Below are positions 10,970-21,881 of a stretch of DNA of 64,000 nt, one piece after another (position 1 is the stretch's first letter; every line of letters begins with the position of its first letter). The position numbers were made by a program, and so were the translations under genes. The stretch covers positions 1 to 64,000 of the forward strand of contig JALHMH010000019.1 in assembly GCA_022844165.1 (NCBI GenBank), written 5' to 3'. Under the pieces are notes generated by a model. That model had not been told where the DNA came from. It did not search any database and worked only from the letters and a program-made list of their open reading frames with translations. This stretch comes from Lysobacterales bacterium (GTDB lineage Bacteria; Pseudomonadota; Gammaproteobacteria; Xanthomonadales; SZUA-5).

Positions 10970-12382
10970 ATGACCGAAAAAATTGAAACCGACGTGTTGG
11001 TCGTTGGCGGCGGCCCTGGTGGTTATGTCGCTGCGATTCGCGCTGGGCAGTTGGGTCTCAAGACCACTCTGGTTGAGGCTGACCGGCTCGGTGGCACGTG
11101 TTTGATTCGCGGCTGCATTCCCTCCAAAGCGATGATCCATGTTGCGGCGAAGTTCGATGAATTGAGCCACCATGTCGGCGCAGGCAAGCTCGGCATCCGC
11201 CTGCCGCAAGCGCCACAGTTCGATCTGGGTCAAGCGGTCGATTGGAAAGAGACCATCGTCGATAAACTGAATACCGGGGTTGCGGCATTGCTCAAACGCG
11301 CCAAAGTCCGCGTGGTGTTGGGTAAGGCAGTGTTTTCCGATGCGAAAAACTGCATCGCGAGCACCGCAAACGGCGAGGTTGCGATCAATGCCAAACACGT
11401 GATTTTGGCCACCGGCTCCATCGTTGCCGGGCTACCCTCGATCCCCTACGGCGAACACGTGTGGTCGTCCACCGAAGCGTTACTGCAGCGCGATGTGCCG
11501 AAACGCCTGGCCGTGATCGGCGCGGGTTACATCGGGCTTGAGCTCGGTATGGCCTACGCGCGCATGGGCAGCCAGCTGGTGTTCGTCGAAGCATTGGATC
11601 GCATCCTCACCCTGTTCGATCGTGGCCTGACCAAGCCGGTCGAAAACTGGCTCAAACAACGCCACATCGATGTGCATTTGAATACCCGCGCGCAGGCGTT
11701 GATCGATGGGCCCGATGGGCGCGCGCTAGAGGTCAAAACCACCGATGGCACACTGAGCCGTCTTTACTGTGACAAGGTTCTGATTGCGGTCGGGCGCAAA
11801 CCGGCGACGCAAGGATTTGGCCTGGAACGTATGGCCGTCGACATGGAAGGTCCATTTGTCAAAGTCGATGCGCAGTGCCGCACTTCGATGCGCGGTGTGT
11901 TTGCGATTGGCGATCTGGTCGGTGAGCCGATGCTGGCGCACAAAGCATCGGCGCAGGGCGAAATGGTGGCCGAGATCATCGCCGGGCATCGACGCGCATT
12001 TGCACCGGTGGCCATTCCAGCCGTGTGTTTCACCGAACCGGAACTGGTGGGTGTGGGCCTGACCCCGGACGACGCGAAGGCACAGGGCATCGATATCATC
12101 GTTGGTCAGTTTCCATTTGCCGCGAATGGCCGTTCGCTGGCAATGCAGGCAGGCGCCGACGGCGGATTTGTGCGGATCACGGCGCGTGCCGATAACCATC
12201 TGGTTCTGGGCATTCACGCAGTGGGTGCGCATGTGTCGGAACTGTCGGGCGAGTACGCGCTGGCGCTCGAAATGGGCGCGCGGCTTGAAGATCTGTCCGG
12301 GACCATCCACGCGCATCCGACGATGAGCGAAACCCTGCCGGAAGCCGCACTCGCAGCGTTGGGACACGCGATACATAGTTGA
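10970..12382 (+). CDS. lpdV: Dihydrolipoamide dehydrogenase E3
   Basis: GGGPGGY, GGTCLIRGCIPSK, HAHPTMSE. Fourth gene of the bkd operon. Confidence 0.92.
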   Translation: MTEKIETDVLVVGGGPGGYVAAIRAGQLGLKTTLVEADRLGGTCLIRGCIPSKAMIHVAAKFDELSHHVGAGKLGIRLPQAPQFDLGQAVDWKETIVDKLNTGVAALLKRAKVRVVLGKAVFSDAKNCIASTANGEVAINAKHVILATGSIVAGLPSIPYGEHVWSSTEALLQRDVPKRLAVIGAGYIGLELGMAYARMGSQLVFVEALDRILTLFDRGLTKPVENWLKQRHIDVHLNTRAQALIDGPDGRALEVKTTDGTLSRLYCDKVLIAVGRKPATQGFGLERMAVDMEGPFVKVDAQCRTSMRGVFAIGDLVGEPMLAHKASAQGEMVAEIIAGHRRAFAPVAIPAVCFTEPELVGVGLTPDDAKAQGIDIIVGQFPFAANGRSLAMQAGADGGFVRITARADNHLVLGIHAVGAHVSELSGEYALALEMGARLEDLSGTIHAHPTMSETLPEAALAALGHAIHS

Positions 12383-12437
12383 GGTTTCAAGGCTATTGCA
12401 GCTTAATTCGCGATCTTCATCGGAGGTTTCCAACGTC

Positions 12438-13169
12438 ATGCAAGAGCTCCCTGTTGCCCTCGTTTCTGGCGCCAGTCGCGGTATTGGGGCTGCGATTGCC
12501 GCAGAGCTGGTCGCCAGCGGTTTTTTTGTGATCGGCACGGCGACCAGCGAAGTCGGCGCGTCAGGCATCGGCCAACAATTGGGCGAGCGTGGTACCGGTA
12601 GAGTTCTCGATGTCAGCGACCCGGCATCGATCGACGCGTTGATCGCCACCATCGAAACCGAATTCGGTCCGATTCGCGTGCTGGTCAACAATGCCGGGAT
12701 CACCAAGGATCAGTTGCTGTTGCGAATGAAGGACGAGGACTTCACGCAAGTCATCAACACAAATTTGACCAGTGTGTTTCGCATGAGCAAAGCGGTGCTG
12801 AAACGCATGTTGCGCGAACGTCAGGGACGCATCATCAATATCGCTTCGGTGATCGCGCTGACCGGTAACGCCGGGCAAGCGAACTATGCGGCAGCCAAGG
12901 CTGGAATCATCGGGTTCACCAAGTCTTTGGCACGTGAGGTGGGATCGCGCGGGATCACCGCAAACGTCGTAGCACCCGGATTTATCGACACCGCCATGAC
13001 CCGATCGCTGCCGCAGACGCAGCGCGACGCGATGTTGGCCGATATTCCGCTGGCGCGCCTCGGCGAGCCTGCCGACATCGCCAAGGCCGTGGCGTTCCTC
13101 GCTTCGCCAGCGGCCGCGTACATCACCGGCGAGACTTTGCACGTCAATGGCGGGATGTTCATGCCCTGA
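12438..13169 (+). CDS. fabG: 3-oxoacyl-ACP reductase
   Basis: [29 protein letters not shown]. Lies before acpP. Confidence 0.95.
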   Translation: MQELPVALVSGASRGIGAAIAAELVASGFFVIGTATSEVGASGIGQQLGERGTGRVLDVSDPASIDALIATIETEFGPIRVLVNNAGITKDQLLLRMKDEDFTQVINTNLTSVFRMSKAVLKRMLRERQGRIINIASVIALTGNAGQANYAAAKAGIIGFTKSLAREVGSRGITANVVAPGFIDTAMTRSLPQTQRDAMLADIPLARLGEPADIAKAVAFLASPAAAYITGETLHVNGGMFMP

Positions 13170-13279
13170 GGCCCGCGTGGAAGGTGATTCGAACGGCTCC
13201 AAAGCGAGCAGCAACCAACATTCTTCAAGAACCCGTATCATCCCGGTGTTCCGTTGTCCTACACGTATCGAGGAGTCCT

Positions 13280-13519
13280 ATGAGCAGCATCGAAGAGCGC
13301 GTCAAGAAAATCGTTGTCGACCGTCTTGGCGTCAAAGAAGAAGATGTAAAGCCGAATTCGTCGTTCGTCGATGACCTCGGTGCTGACTCGCTGGACACAG
13401 TGGAGCTGGTCATGGCGCTCGAAGAAGAATTTGAGTGCGAAATTCCGGACGAAGAGGCGGAGAAGATCACGTCGGTGCAGCAGGCGATCGACTACGTCAA
13501 GGCAAACGTTCGGGCCTGA
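13280..13519 (+). CDS. acpP: Acyl carrier protein
   Basis: [29 protein letters not shown]. Confidence 0.98.
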   Translation: MSSIEERVKKIVVDRLGVKEEDVKPNSSFVDDLGADSLDTVELVMALEEEFECEIPDEEAEKITSVQQAIDYVKANVRA

Positions 13520-13525
13520 TGTACG

Positions 13526-13540
13526 CCCCGCGGCGCGGGG
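13526..13540 (+). terminator. Short GC hairpin after acpP
   Basis: CCCCGC-GGC-GCGGGG just after the stop codon, with a weak T tract. Confidence 0.35.
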
Positions 13541-13704
13541 GTAGGTTTCGATGCTGTCGCCATCGGCGCAGTGCCGATACGATTGGCCCGGTGGCGATGC
13601 TGCTGGGCAAGCTGGATGGCAAGTGTGTTGGTAGACGGCCAACAAAGTCGGGCTCCTGTTAACGATGGGCCTGGCCCTGCTCAAACAAGCTTGGGAGTGA
13701 GCAT

Positions 13705-14943
13705 ATGCAAAGCGCTCGTCGCGTTGTCGTGACCGGCCTCGGGATCGTTTCGCCCATCGGTCATCGTATCGAAGACGCCTGGGACAATCTGGTCAATGGC
13801 CGGAGCGGAATCGGGCCGATCACGCATTTTGACGCGGCTAACTTTGCGACGAAATTTGCCGGGCAGGTCCGCGATTTCGACGTCACCAAATGGGTGCCGA
13901 TGAAAGATGCGCGGCGCATGGACCCGTTCATTCACTACGGGATTGCCGCCGGCATCGAGGCGGTGCGCGACGCCGGATTTGATCAGGTGCCGGAGCATCT
14001 GAGTCCACGATTCGGTGCGGCCATCGCGGCGGGGATCGGCGGTATTTCCACGATCGAGAACACAACGCTCGCATGGCACAACGGCGGGCCGCGAAAAATC
14101 TCGCCGTTCTTTGTGCCGGGGACGATCATCAATATGGTCGCGGGTCACCTGGCGATCCTATTGGGATTGCGCGGCCCGAATCTATCGATTGTGACCGCCT
14201 GCACCACGGCCACGCACAACATCGGCGTGGCCGCCAGGTTGATCGCTTACGGCGATGCCGATCTGATGCTCACCGGTGGCGCCGAACATGCAACGACGCC
14301 AACCGCCATCGGCGGCTTTGCGATGGCACGCGCGCTCAGCGAACGCAACGACGATCCGACGGCCGCGAGCCGGCCGTGGGATCAAGATCGCGACGGCTTC
14401 GTACTGAGCGACGGCGCTGGTGCGTTGCTGCTGGAGGAGTACGAACACGCCAAAGCGCGCGGTGCGAAGATCTATGCCGAGATTGCAGGATTCGGCATGA
14501 GCGATGACGCACACCACATGACTGCGCCGCCCGAGGACGGTAGCGGCGCCGCAGCATCGATGAGTGCTGCGATGCGCGATGCCAACGTCAGCGCCGATCA
14601 GGTGCAATACGTGAATGCACACGCGACGTCGACGCCGCTCGGAGATCGTGCCGAACTGGTCGCAATTCGGCGAGCTTTCGGCAACGCAAAGCCGCTGGTT
14701 AGTTCCACCAAGTCGGTCACCGGCCACTTGCTTGGGGCAGCAGGCGCCGTGGAGGCGATTTTCAGCGTTCTGGCGATCAAGTACGGCGTCGTGCCGGCGA
14801 CCATCAACCTGCACAAACCGGACGATGGCATCGAGTTCGATCTGGTGCCGAATACGTCGCGCGATATGCCTCTGGACATTGTAATGTCGAACTCCTTCGG
14901 TTTCGGGGGAACCAACGGGACGCTGGTGTTCAAGCGCGCCTGA
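13705..14943 (+). CDS. fabF: 3-oxoacyl-ACP synthase II
   Basis: TACTT (catalytic Cys), [25 protein letters not shown]. Confidence 0.96.
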   Translation: MQSARRVVVTGLGIVSPIGHRIEDAWDNLVNGRSGIGPITHFDAANFATKFAGQVRDFDVTKWVPMKDARRMDPFIHYGIAAGIEAVRDAGFDQVPEHLSPRFGAAIAAGIGGISTIENTTLAWHNGGPRKISPFFVPGTIINMVAGHLAILLGLRGPNLSIVTACTTATHNIGVAARLIAYGDADLMLTGGAEHATTPTAIGGFAMARALSERNDDPTAASRPWDQDRDGFVLSDGAGALLLEEYEHAKARGAKIYAEIAGFGMSDDAHHMTAPPEDGSGAAASMSAAMRDANVSADQVQYVNAHATSTPLGDRAELVAIRRAFGNAKPLVSSTKSVTGHLLGAAGAVEAIFSVLAIKYGVVPATINLHKPDDGIEFDLVPNTSRDMPLDIVMSNSFGFGGTNGTLVFKRA

Positions 14944-14998
14944 GCTCCAGCGCGACGGCGAATCGCGGCTTCGTGCGATTCTTTTGAGGGGTTGAACA

Positions 14999-16303
14999 TT
15001 GAGTTTACGCTCACGTCTTGACCGCCGCGCACAGATTGCCGCCACTCGTACGGCGCTGGGAGACCGGGCAGCTGTGTGGTTGCACAGCGCTGCCGAAGGT
15101 CCAAACAGTGCGCTTGATGTATTGCCGATCGTTGCGGCGCCTTTGGTGGTCCCCTATCCGGATTCGCCGCAGTATGGCGAAAAGCTCGCCGCACTGGTTT
15201 CCGCACTCAAACAGATGCGCGTGGGTCATGCCACCGGTCCTGTTCAGCCATTCGCGCGCGGGTGGGTGCTCTATCTGGCCTACGATTTTGCCAGCGTGTT
15301 CGAGGCCAGCGTGCCGATGCGAAAGCCACCCGGCACCGAACCGCTGGCCGTACTTTGGCGTGCGGATGAAGCATTGAGCTGGAACCAGGATTCGGCCGAA
15401 TTCCACTTGGCGGTTGGCGTACCCGAATCTGCTGTACGTGAGCAAATAGCCGGGTCCGTCAGCGAGGTGCATCCGATGCACTTCGCGATCGCCGAAGACG
15501 ATCCGCGCGTATTCACAGACGGCGTCGAACGTGTGCTGGAGTACCTGCACGCCGGCGACGTCTTTCAAGTGAATCTGTCACGAGCGTGGACCGCTCAGAG
15601 CGATTCAGCAATTGACCCGGCCACACTTTTCGAACGTCTGAGCGATCGCAATCCGGCGCAATTTGCGGCGCTGATGAGCGTGGGCGATTTTCACCTGCTG
15701 TCGTCATCACCCGAGCGCCTGGTACGCATCGAAGGCGCACAGATATCGACGCGACCCATCGCCGGTACGCGGCGGCGCAGCGAAAATCCCGGCGAAGACC
15801 AGCAACTGCGCAGTGAGTTGAACGTCGATCCGAAAGAGCGCGCCGAGCACATCATGCTGATCGATCTGGAGCGCAACGATCTTGGACGTGTCTGCGAAGC
15901 CGGGAGTGTGGTGGTCGACGAGTTGGGGGTGATCGAAAGCTACGCGCATGTTCACCATCTGGTCTCGAACGTGCGTGGCACACTGCGAAGCGGCGCCAGC
16001 GCCTTCGACGTGCTGCGAGCGCTGTTCCCAGGTGGCACGATTACCGGATGCCCTAAAGTGCGCTGCATGCAAATCATCGGCGAGTTGGAAGGGCAAGGTC
16101 GCGGCGCCTACACCGGCTCCCTGGGTTACATCGGCGACGACGGCAACATGGATATGAACATTCTAATCCGCACCTTGACGGTCGAGGGCAAATGCGTGCG
16201 CGTGCGGGCCGGCGCGGGCATCGTCGCCGACTCGAATCCGTTTCGCGAGCTTGAAGAGACGCGCGCCAAAGCCAAGGGCATGCTCCGGGCATTGGCACCA
16301 TGA
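14999..16303 (+). CDS. pabB: Aminodeoxychorismate synthase component I (chorismate-binding)
   Basis: SSSPERL, TRPIAGT, KERAEHIMLIDLERNDLGRVC, FPGGTITGCPK. Adjacent to pabC. Start uncertain. Confidence 0.8.
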   Translation: MSLRSRLDRRAQIAATRTALGDRAAVWLHSAAEGPNSALDVLPIVAAPLVVPYPDSPQYGEKLAALVSALKQMRVGHATGPVQPFARGWVLYLAYDFASVFEASVPMRKPPGTEPLAVLWRADEALSWNQDSAEFHLAVGVPESAVREQIAGSVSEVHPMHFAIAEDDPRVFTDGVERVLEYLHAGDVFQVNLSRAWTAQSDSAIDPATLFERLSDRNPAQFAALMSVGDFHLLSSSPERLVRIEGAQISTRPIAGTRRRSENPGEDQQLRSELNVDPKERAEHIMLIDLERNDLGRVCEAGSVVVDELGVIESYAHVHHLVSNVRGTLRSGASAFDVLRALFPGGTITGCPKVRCMQIIGELEGQGRGAYTGSLGYIGDDGNMDMNILIRTLTVEGKCVRVRAGAGIVADSNPFRELEETRAKAKGMLRALAP

Positions 16304-17037
16304 GCATCCGTTTCGACCGCGCTTTGCACTATGGCGACGGACTGTTCGAGACCCTGCGTACCGTTCGCGGCCGCGCGCCGTTGTTCGATTTTCACTATGA
16401 GCGACTGTGCCTGGGCGCCGACCGTCTGGGTCTGCCCAAGCCAGGTGCTGTGGCGCTCCGCCGGCGAATTGCGCGCGCGCACGGCGAGGCGATCGTCAAA
16501 CTGATATACAGCGCGGGAGAGAGTCCACGCGGTTATGCGCGCGGTGCTGCTGAACCTGTCTGGCACCGGTTCGTTGGGCCATACGTTCCGGGTCCGTTGC
16601 AACTCCGAGCGAAGCGCTGCGTTGTACAGCTGGCCTGGCAGCCGCGGCTGGCAGGCATCAAACATCTGAATCGTTTGGAGCAAGTGTTGGCTCGTGTCGA
16701 AGTTGGCAGCGAATGGGACGAGGGATTGATGTTCAACGAACGGGGTTTGCCACAATGCGGTATCAGCAATAACGTGCTGCTGCATGTCGATGGCCAGTGG
16801 GTCACGCCGCGTGTCGCCGGAGCCGGTGTCGCAGGCGTTGCTCGGCGCTGGCTGATGGAGCGGTATGCCGTGATCGAACGCGACGTCGATGCCGATGAGC
16901 TGGCGCGCTGTGCTGGCATCGCGATGTGCAACGCCTTGCATGGGCCGCGCGCGGTGATTTCGCTTGATGAACGATCCCTTCCTGAGCATCCAGACATCGC
17001 GATGTGGCGCCAATATTGGACGGCGCTGTTCGCATGA
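16300..17037 (+). CDS. pabC: Aminodeoxychorismate lyase (class IV aminotransferase fold)
   Basis: DRALHYGDGLFET, LAGIKHLNRLEQVLAR. Confidence 0.9.
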   Translation: MSIRFDRALHYGDGLFETLRTVRGRAPLFDFHYERLCLGADRLGLPKPGAVALRRRIARAHGEAIVKLIYSAGESPRGYARGAAEPVWHRFVGPYVPGPLQLRAKRCVVQLAWQPRLAGIKHLNRLEQVLARVEVGSEWDEGLMFNERGLPQCGISNNVLLHVDGQWVTPRVAGAGVAGVARRWLMERYAVIERDVDADELARCAGIAMCNALHGPRAVISLDERSLPEHPDIAMWRQYWTALFA

Positions 17038-18047
17038 AACAAGCCGGCCGAGTTCGTTGGGTGTTGCTGTTGGCGTTGACCGCAGGGGCGTTATCCGCTG
17101 CTGGATTCTGGGCGTGGCGCGAGTATCAGCGTTTTGCGCTGAGCACATTGCGCGGATCGGATTCGATCGTGATCCTCAAGCGCGGCGAGTCGCTGCAGTC
17201 GTTCGTTGCGCAACTGAACGACCGAGGGGTCAGCACAGCGCCTGCCTGGCAATGGCGGCTGCTCGCGCAACAAATGCAAGTCGCGCAAAAACTTCAGGCG
17301 GGCGAATATCGCATTGGCAACAACGCAACGCCGCGCTCGTTGTTGCAGGCAGTGGCTGACGGCAGGGTCGTGCAATACCGGTTTACGATTCTGGAGGGCA
17401 CCCGTTTTCGCGATCTGCGCGTTGCACTGGCAAACACGCCCGAACTGGAATCGACATTGACCGGTTTGGCGGAGAGTGACGTGCTGGTCCGCGTGGGCGC
17501 TCACGAGACACATGCCGAAGGCTTGTTTCTGCCGGATACTTACTTCTTCCCGCGCGGCTTTTCCGATCTGGATCTACTCAAGCGAGCTTACTGGGCGCAG
17601 AAAAAGATCCTCGAGCAGCTTTGGGAAAAGCGCCAGGATGGATTGCCGCTATCCGATCCGTACGATGCTGTGATCCTGGCATCGGTCATCGAAAAGGAAA
17701 CCGGCCAGGCCGTCGAACGTCCGTTGATTGCTGGCGTATTCGTCAATCGGTTGCGACAGGGCTGGCGTCTGCAAACCGATCCGACGGTGATCTATGGCCT
17801 CGGCGACGTTTTCGATGGCAACCTCAAACGAGTGCACCTCGAAACCGACACGCCATACAACACCTACACGCGCTTTGGTTTGCCGCCAACCCCTATCGCT
17901 TTGCCGTCGCGTGCTGCGCTGGAAGCTGCCCTGGATCCACAGTCGACGGAGGCCATGTTCTTTGTCGCAAAGGGCGATGGCAGTCATCAGTTTTCGCGTA
18001 CCTTGGAAGAGCACAATCGCGCCGTGCGGGAGTATCAGTTGCGATGA
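17034..18047 (+). CDS. mltG: Endolytic transglycosylase MltG (YceG)
   Basis: EGLFLPDTY, LASVIEKET, LQTDPTVIYG, PYNTYTRFGLPPTPI. Confidence 0.95.
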   Translation: MKQAGRVRWVLLLALTAGALSAAGFWAWREYQRFALSTLRGSDSIVILKRGESLQSFVAQLNDRGVSTAPAWQWRLLAQQMQVAQKLQAGEYRIGNNATPRSLLQAVADGRVVQYRFTILEGTRFRDLRVALANTPELESTLTGLAESDVLVRVGAHETHAEGLFLPDTYFFPRGFSDLDLLKRAYWAQKKILEQLWEKRQDGLPLSDPYDAVILASVIEKETGQAVERPLIAGVFVNRLRQGWRLQTDPTVIYGLGDVFDGNLKRVHLETDTPYNTYTRFGLPPTPIALPSRAALEAALDPQSTEAMFFVAKGDGSHQFSRTLEEHNRAVREYQLR

Positions 18048-18138
18048 ATGATCCGACGCGACAGCGGGTCAGTTTGCAGTATCCGCGGCCGTGGGGGACA
18101 GCGACTGCCGGCCCACGCGGGATTCTGAGGGACCAGCT

Positions 18139-19098
18139 ATGGCAATAGCTCCATGGCACGAGCAGGCCTGGGCGCAGTTTGTCGGCGCACGCGCATCGAA
18201 TCGCCTGGCCCATGGGCTGGCGATCACGGCGCCGGGCGATTTCTTCAAGCTTGAATTCGCAACCATGCTGGGTCAGGCGATGCTGTGCAGGTCGCCATTG
18301 AGCGATGGACGTGCATGCGGAACATGCCGCGATTGCATTTTGCTTGCGAGCGGCTCGCATCCGGATTGGATTGCGGTGTCGCCCGAGGACTCGGCCTACA
18401 TCAGGATCGACCAGATTCGCGACGTGTCGGCGCGGCTCGCGCAACGTCCGCAAATCGGTGTGCGGCAAGTCGTGCTCCTGCATCCGGCCGATCGAATGAA
18501 TGTTGCGGCGGCTAACGCGCTCTTGAAGACGCTGGAAGAACCAACGCCGGATTCTTATTTGATTCTGTGCAGCGAGCGCCATGAGCGTTTGCCGGCGACG
18601 ATTCGCTCACGATGCCAGACATTGGCAATCAAACCCAATCTCGATGATCGATGGGGCAGGGCACTCGCGGAACGCGCAGAGGTCTCTCTTGATGCAGCAA
18701 TCACAGCGTTGCAGATGGCGGGTAACGATCCTCAAGCGGCTCTCGCTGTCGCGGCGCCGGATGAGCTTGCCGCGCGGGCCAGTCTGGCCAAGTCGCTGCT
18801 GTCGCTGGCGAATGGGCGGACGGAGCCGTCTGTCGTTAGCGCTTCGGCAGGTAAAGAGGTGGCTTTGTGGTTGGAGCGCTTCGCAGCGCTTTTACGCTTG
18901 TCGGTGCGTAGCGTTTCGCTCAAATCGCCCTTTGAGGAGCTGCGCGACTTGACTTCGCGCCTGGAAATGTCGAGGCTCTTCGCGCTGCAACGCGAACAAG
19001 GACGGATTCGTGCGCTGCTCGGCAGCGGGCTTCGCGAGGATCTGATGCTGTACGAGTTGTGCTGTCAATGGCGCGACGCCGCACGAGGAACCAGATGA
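18139..19098 (+). CDS. holB: DNA polymerase III delta-prime subunit
   Basis: Zn module C...ACGTCRDC, HPD, AANALLKTLEEP, LPATIRSRC. Confidence 0.92.
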   Translation: MAIAPWHEQAWAQFVGARASNRLAHGLAITAPGDFFKLEFATMLGQAMLCRSPLSDGRACGTCRDCILLASGSHPDWIAVSPEDSAYIRIDQIRDVSARLAQRPQIGVRQVVLLHPADRMNVAAANALLKTLEEPTPDSYLILCSERHERLPATIRSRCQTLAIKPNLDDRWGRALAERAEVSLDAAITALQMAGNDPQAALAVAAPDELAARASLAKSLLSLANGRTEPSVVSASAGKEVALWLERFAALLRLSVRSVSLKSPFEELRDLTSRLEMSRLFALQREQGRIRALLGSGLREDLMLYELCCQWRDAARGTR

Positions 19099-19099
19099 A

Positions 19100-19459
19100 A
19101 TGAGCACCGGTCCAGGTATACCCAGGCAAGGTATTTTGTCGTTGGCGATCAAAGACAAACACGCCCTGTATCAGGCGTACATGCCGTTCCTGAAAGGCGG
19201 CGGCATTTTTGTGCCGACGATGAAGCGTTACAACCTCGGCGACGAGGTGTTTATTTTGCTGACCCTGATGGAAGATAAAGACCGCATGCCCGTTGCCGGA
19301 AAGGTCGTATGGATCACCCCAATGGGTGCTCAGGGCAATCGTACCGCGGGCATTGGTGTGCAGTTCTCCGAAAACTCCGACGGTGAATCCATCAAGACCA
19401 AGATCGAGTCTATTCTGGCCGGTGTTCTGAATTCGGATCGACCTACGCACACTATGTAA
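19100..19459 (+). CDS. pilZ: Type IV pilus assembly protein PilZ
   Basis: LYQAYMPFLKGGGIFVPT...GIGVQF...RPTHTM. Follows holB. Confidence 0.95.
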   Translation: MSTGPGIPRQGILSLAIKDKHALYQAYMPFLKGGGIFVPTMKRYNLGDEVFILLTLMEDKDRMPVAGKVVWITPMGAQGNRTAGIGVQFSENSDGESIKTKIESILAGVLNSDRPTHTM

Positions 19460-19536
19460 CGTGCTTGTACGGTGCGGAAGCAGTTGCAGTTTCTCATGGC
19501 GAACCGGCTCAGGATGCCATCCAAGGGTCGATGGAA

Positions 19537-20604
19537 ATGACTGACACAATCCTGATCTACGGTGCTTACGGTTACACCGGTCAGCTTATCATCGAACGTG
19601 CCGTTCAATCTGGCCTGAAGCCCTGTGTCGCAGGCCGTGATGCCGCGAAAACGGGTGAATTGGCGAAAAGACTCGATTTGCCGCACGTTTCGTTCGATCT
19701 GGGCGATTCGAGCGCTCTGCAGCGAGCCCTCAAGGGCCGCCGAGTGGTGTTGCACTGCGCCGGCCCGTTTTCTGCCACCGCCGCGCCCATGATGCAGGCA
19801 TGCATCAATGCGGGCGTGCACTATTGCGATATCACCGGCGAGATCGAAGTTTTTGCGCTCGGCCATCGTCTCGACAGCAGCGCGCGTAAGGCGGGTGTCG
19901 CCATCGTGCCGGGGGTTGGATTCGATGTGGTTCCAACCGACTGTCTGGCGGCAATGCTCAAGGCCGAACTTCCGGATGCCACCGATCTGGTGCTCGCGTT
20001 CGACGCCGGCGGCGGCCCATCGCGTGGCACGGCGCTGACGAGTATCGAAGGTCTGCACAGCGGCGGTCGCGTCCGGCGAAACGGCAAGCTGGTCCGAGTG
20101 GAAACTGGTTTTCGTACCCGCACGTTTCCCTTTCCAAAGGGAGCGCGCACCGCTGTCACAATCCCATGGGGCGATGTGTATACGGCCTATGTCAGCACCG
20201 GGATCGGCAACATTGAAGTGTATATGGCGATGCCGCAGCGATGGATCCAGATGCAACGCAGAATGCGCTTCTTCGCACCGTTGTTGGCGCTGCCGCCGGC
20301 CCAATGGCTGCTGAAATATCTGGTCAAATCGCGCATCCAGGGCCCGGACGATGTTCGCCGCCAAAGCAGCGATGCCCAGATCTATGGAGAAGTGCGCAAC
20401 GGCAGCGGGGACTTGCGAAGTGCCACGATGATCACGCCGAATGGCTACGATCTGACCGCGGAATCAGCGCTGACCATTGCCCGCCATTTGCATGACGACG
20501 CGCATGCGCACGCTGGTTATTACACGCCGTCGCTACTGATGGGTGCGGAATTCGTAAGAAAGCTCAGCGGCATTCGGCTGACGATGGCTGGCGGAACGCC
20601 ATAG
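19537..20604 (+). CDS. Saccharopine dehydrogenase-like oxidoreductase
   Basis: IYGAYGYTG, HCAGPF, HYCDITGE, GFDVVPTDCL. Confidence 0.85.
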   Translation: MTDTILIYGAYGYTGQLIIERAVQSGLKPCVAGRDAAKTGELAKRLDLPHVSFDLGDSSALQRALKGRRVVLHCAGPFSATAAPMMQACINAGVHYCDITGEIEVFALGHRLDSSARKAGVAIVPGVGFDVVPTDCLAAMLKAELPDATDLVLAFDAGGGPSRGTALTSIEGLHSGGRVRRNGKLVRVETGFRTRTFPFPKGARTAVTIPWGDVYTAYVSTGIGNIEVYMAMPQRWIQMQRRMRFFAPLLALPPAQWLLKYLVKSRIQGPDDVRRQSSDAQIYGEVRNGSGDLRSATMITPNGYDLTAESALTIARHLHDDAHAHAGYYTPSLLMGAEFVRKLSGIRLTMAGGTP

Positions 20605-20650
20605 CGCACGAATTGGGAAGCAGCGGGCGATTGCGGAGGCGCCAAAAAAA

Positions 20651-20679
20651 GCTTCACATGGACGTCGCGTAACCGTCAT
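20651..20679 (+). promoter_or_regulatory. Candidate Pho box (three half-sites, 11-bp period)
   Basis: GCTTCAC (20651), ACGTCGC (20662) and CCGTCAT (20673) versus the consensus CTGTCAT, about 50 bp upstream of btaA. Confidence 0.5.
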
Positions 20680-20726
20680 GCGAGCGCCGTACTTTTCGAC
20701 GATCTTTCTTGATCGGTCCGCAACCG

Positions 20727-21881
20727 ATGACGCTCGCAGCGCGCGCTTACGATGCTTTCTTTCGCAAGGTCCACGGATCGCGGCTGATCTACAACACGTG
20801 TTGGGAAGACCCGCGCGCGGATCGCGAATTGCTCGCTCTGAACGCCAGCTCTCGCGTGCTGATGATCACCAGCGCCGGCTGTAATGCACTGGATTACTTG
20901 CTCGATGACCCGGCAAGAGTCGACTGCGTTGACATGAATCCGCGGCAGAACGCGCTGCTGGAACTCAAGCTGGCTGTTCTGAAAGCCGATCGTCCGGAAT
21001 GGCTGTTCGCGCTGTTCGGCGAAGGACGGCACGACGATTTCCCAGCGCTGTACCCAGAACTAAGACCGTGGTTGAGCGCCGTCGCACAACAAATTTGGGA
21101 TGGTCAGTTGCATCTTTTCAGTCCGCGCGGGCGAGGCAGTTTTTACTTCCGCGGCGCATCGGGCGATGTCGCTTATTGGGTGCGCCAGAGCATTCGCCAC
21201 CTGCAGCCAAGGTTGTGGCGCGAACTCGAACTGCTGATCGATGCACGCACGCTCGACGAACAACGCGAGCGATACGCGCGCATCGAAAAGCGGTTGTGGG
21301 GTCCGGTAATGCGTTGGGCCGCGCGGCAACCGGTGGTGTTGACCATGTTGGGCGTGCCTCGTGCGCAACGCAACTTGATCGAAACGCAGTATCCCGGTGG
21401 CATGAATGCCTACATCGAGGACAAGCTTCGTTATCTGTTGACCGAGCTGCCAATCCAGGAAAACTACTTTTGGCGCGTATACATCCACGGACGCTATACC
21501 AGAGACTGTTGTCCGAACTATTTGAAAGCCGAAAATTTTGCAGTGTTGCGTGAACGCGCCAGTCGAGTGGCCACGCATACCGGCACGCTGGCGGATTTCC
21601 TGAAGCAGTCGACGCACACTTACGACCGCTTTATCTTGCTCGATCATCAGGACTGGATGGCAGTGCATGCGCCACAGGCATTGGATGAGGAGTGGAATCT
21701 GGTGATTGGCGGCAGCGCGCCCGACGCGCGCGTGCTGATGCGGTCTGCGGGTCTCGACATCGACTTCCTGCCACAATTCGCCCGTTCGCGCTTGCTGCCG
21801 TTCGATTGTGCGGACTGGCATCGGCGCGATCGCGTCGGCACCTACGGCAGTGTGCTGTGCGCTGAGGTACGGGGCGTATGA
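20727..21881 (+). CDS. btaA: SAM:diacylglycerol 3-amino-3-carboxypropyl transferase (DUF3419)
   Basis: LIYNTCWEDP, ITSAGCNALDYL, VDMNPRQNALLELK, NYFW, LLDHQDW, DRVGTYGS. Confidence 0.85.
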   Translation: MTLAARAYDAFFRKVHGSRLIYNTCWEDPRADRELLALNASSRVLMITSAGCNALDYLLDDPARVDCVDMNPRQNALLELKLAVLKADRPEWLFALFGEGRHDDFPALYPELRPWLSAVAQQIWDGQLHLFSPRGRGSFYFRGASGDVAYWVRQSIRHLQPRLWRELELLIDARTLDEQRERYARIEKRLWGPVMRWAARQPVVLTMLGVPRAQRNLIETQYPGGMNAYIEDKLRYLLTELPIQENYFWRVYIHGRYTRDCCPNYLKAENFAVLRERASRVATHTGTLADFLKQSTHTYDRFILLDHQDWMAVHAPQALDEEWNLVIGGSAPDARVLMRSAGLDIDFLPQFARSRLLPFDCADWHRRDRVGTYGSVLCAEVRGV

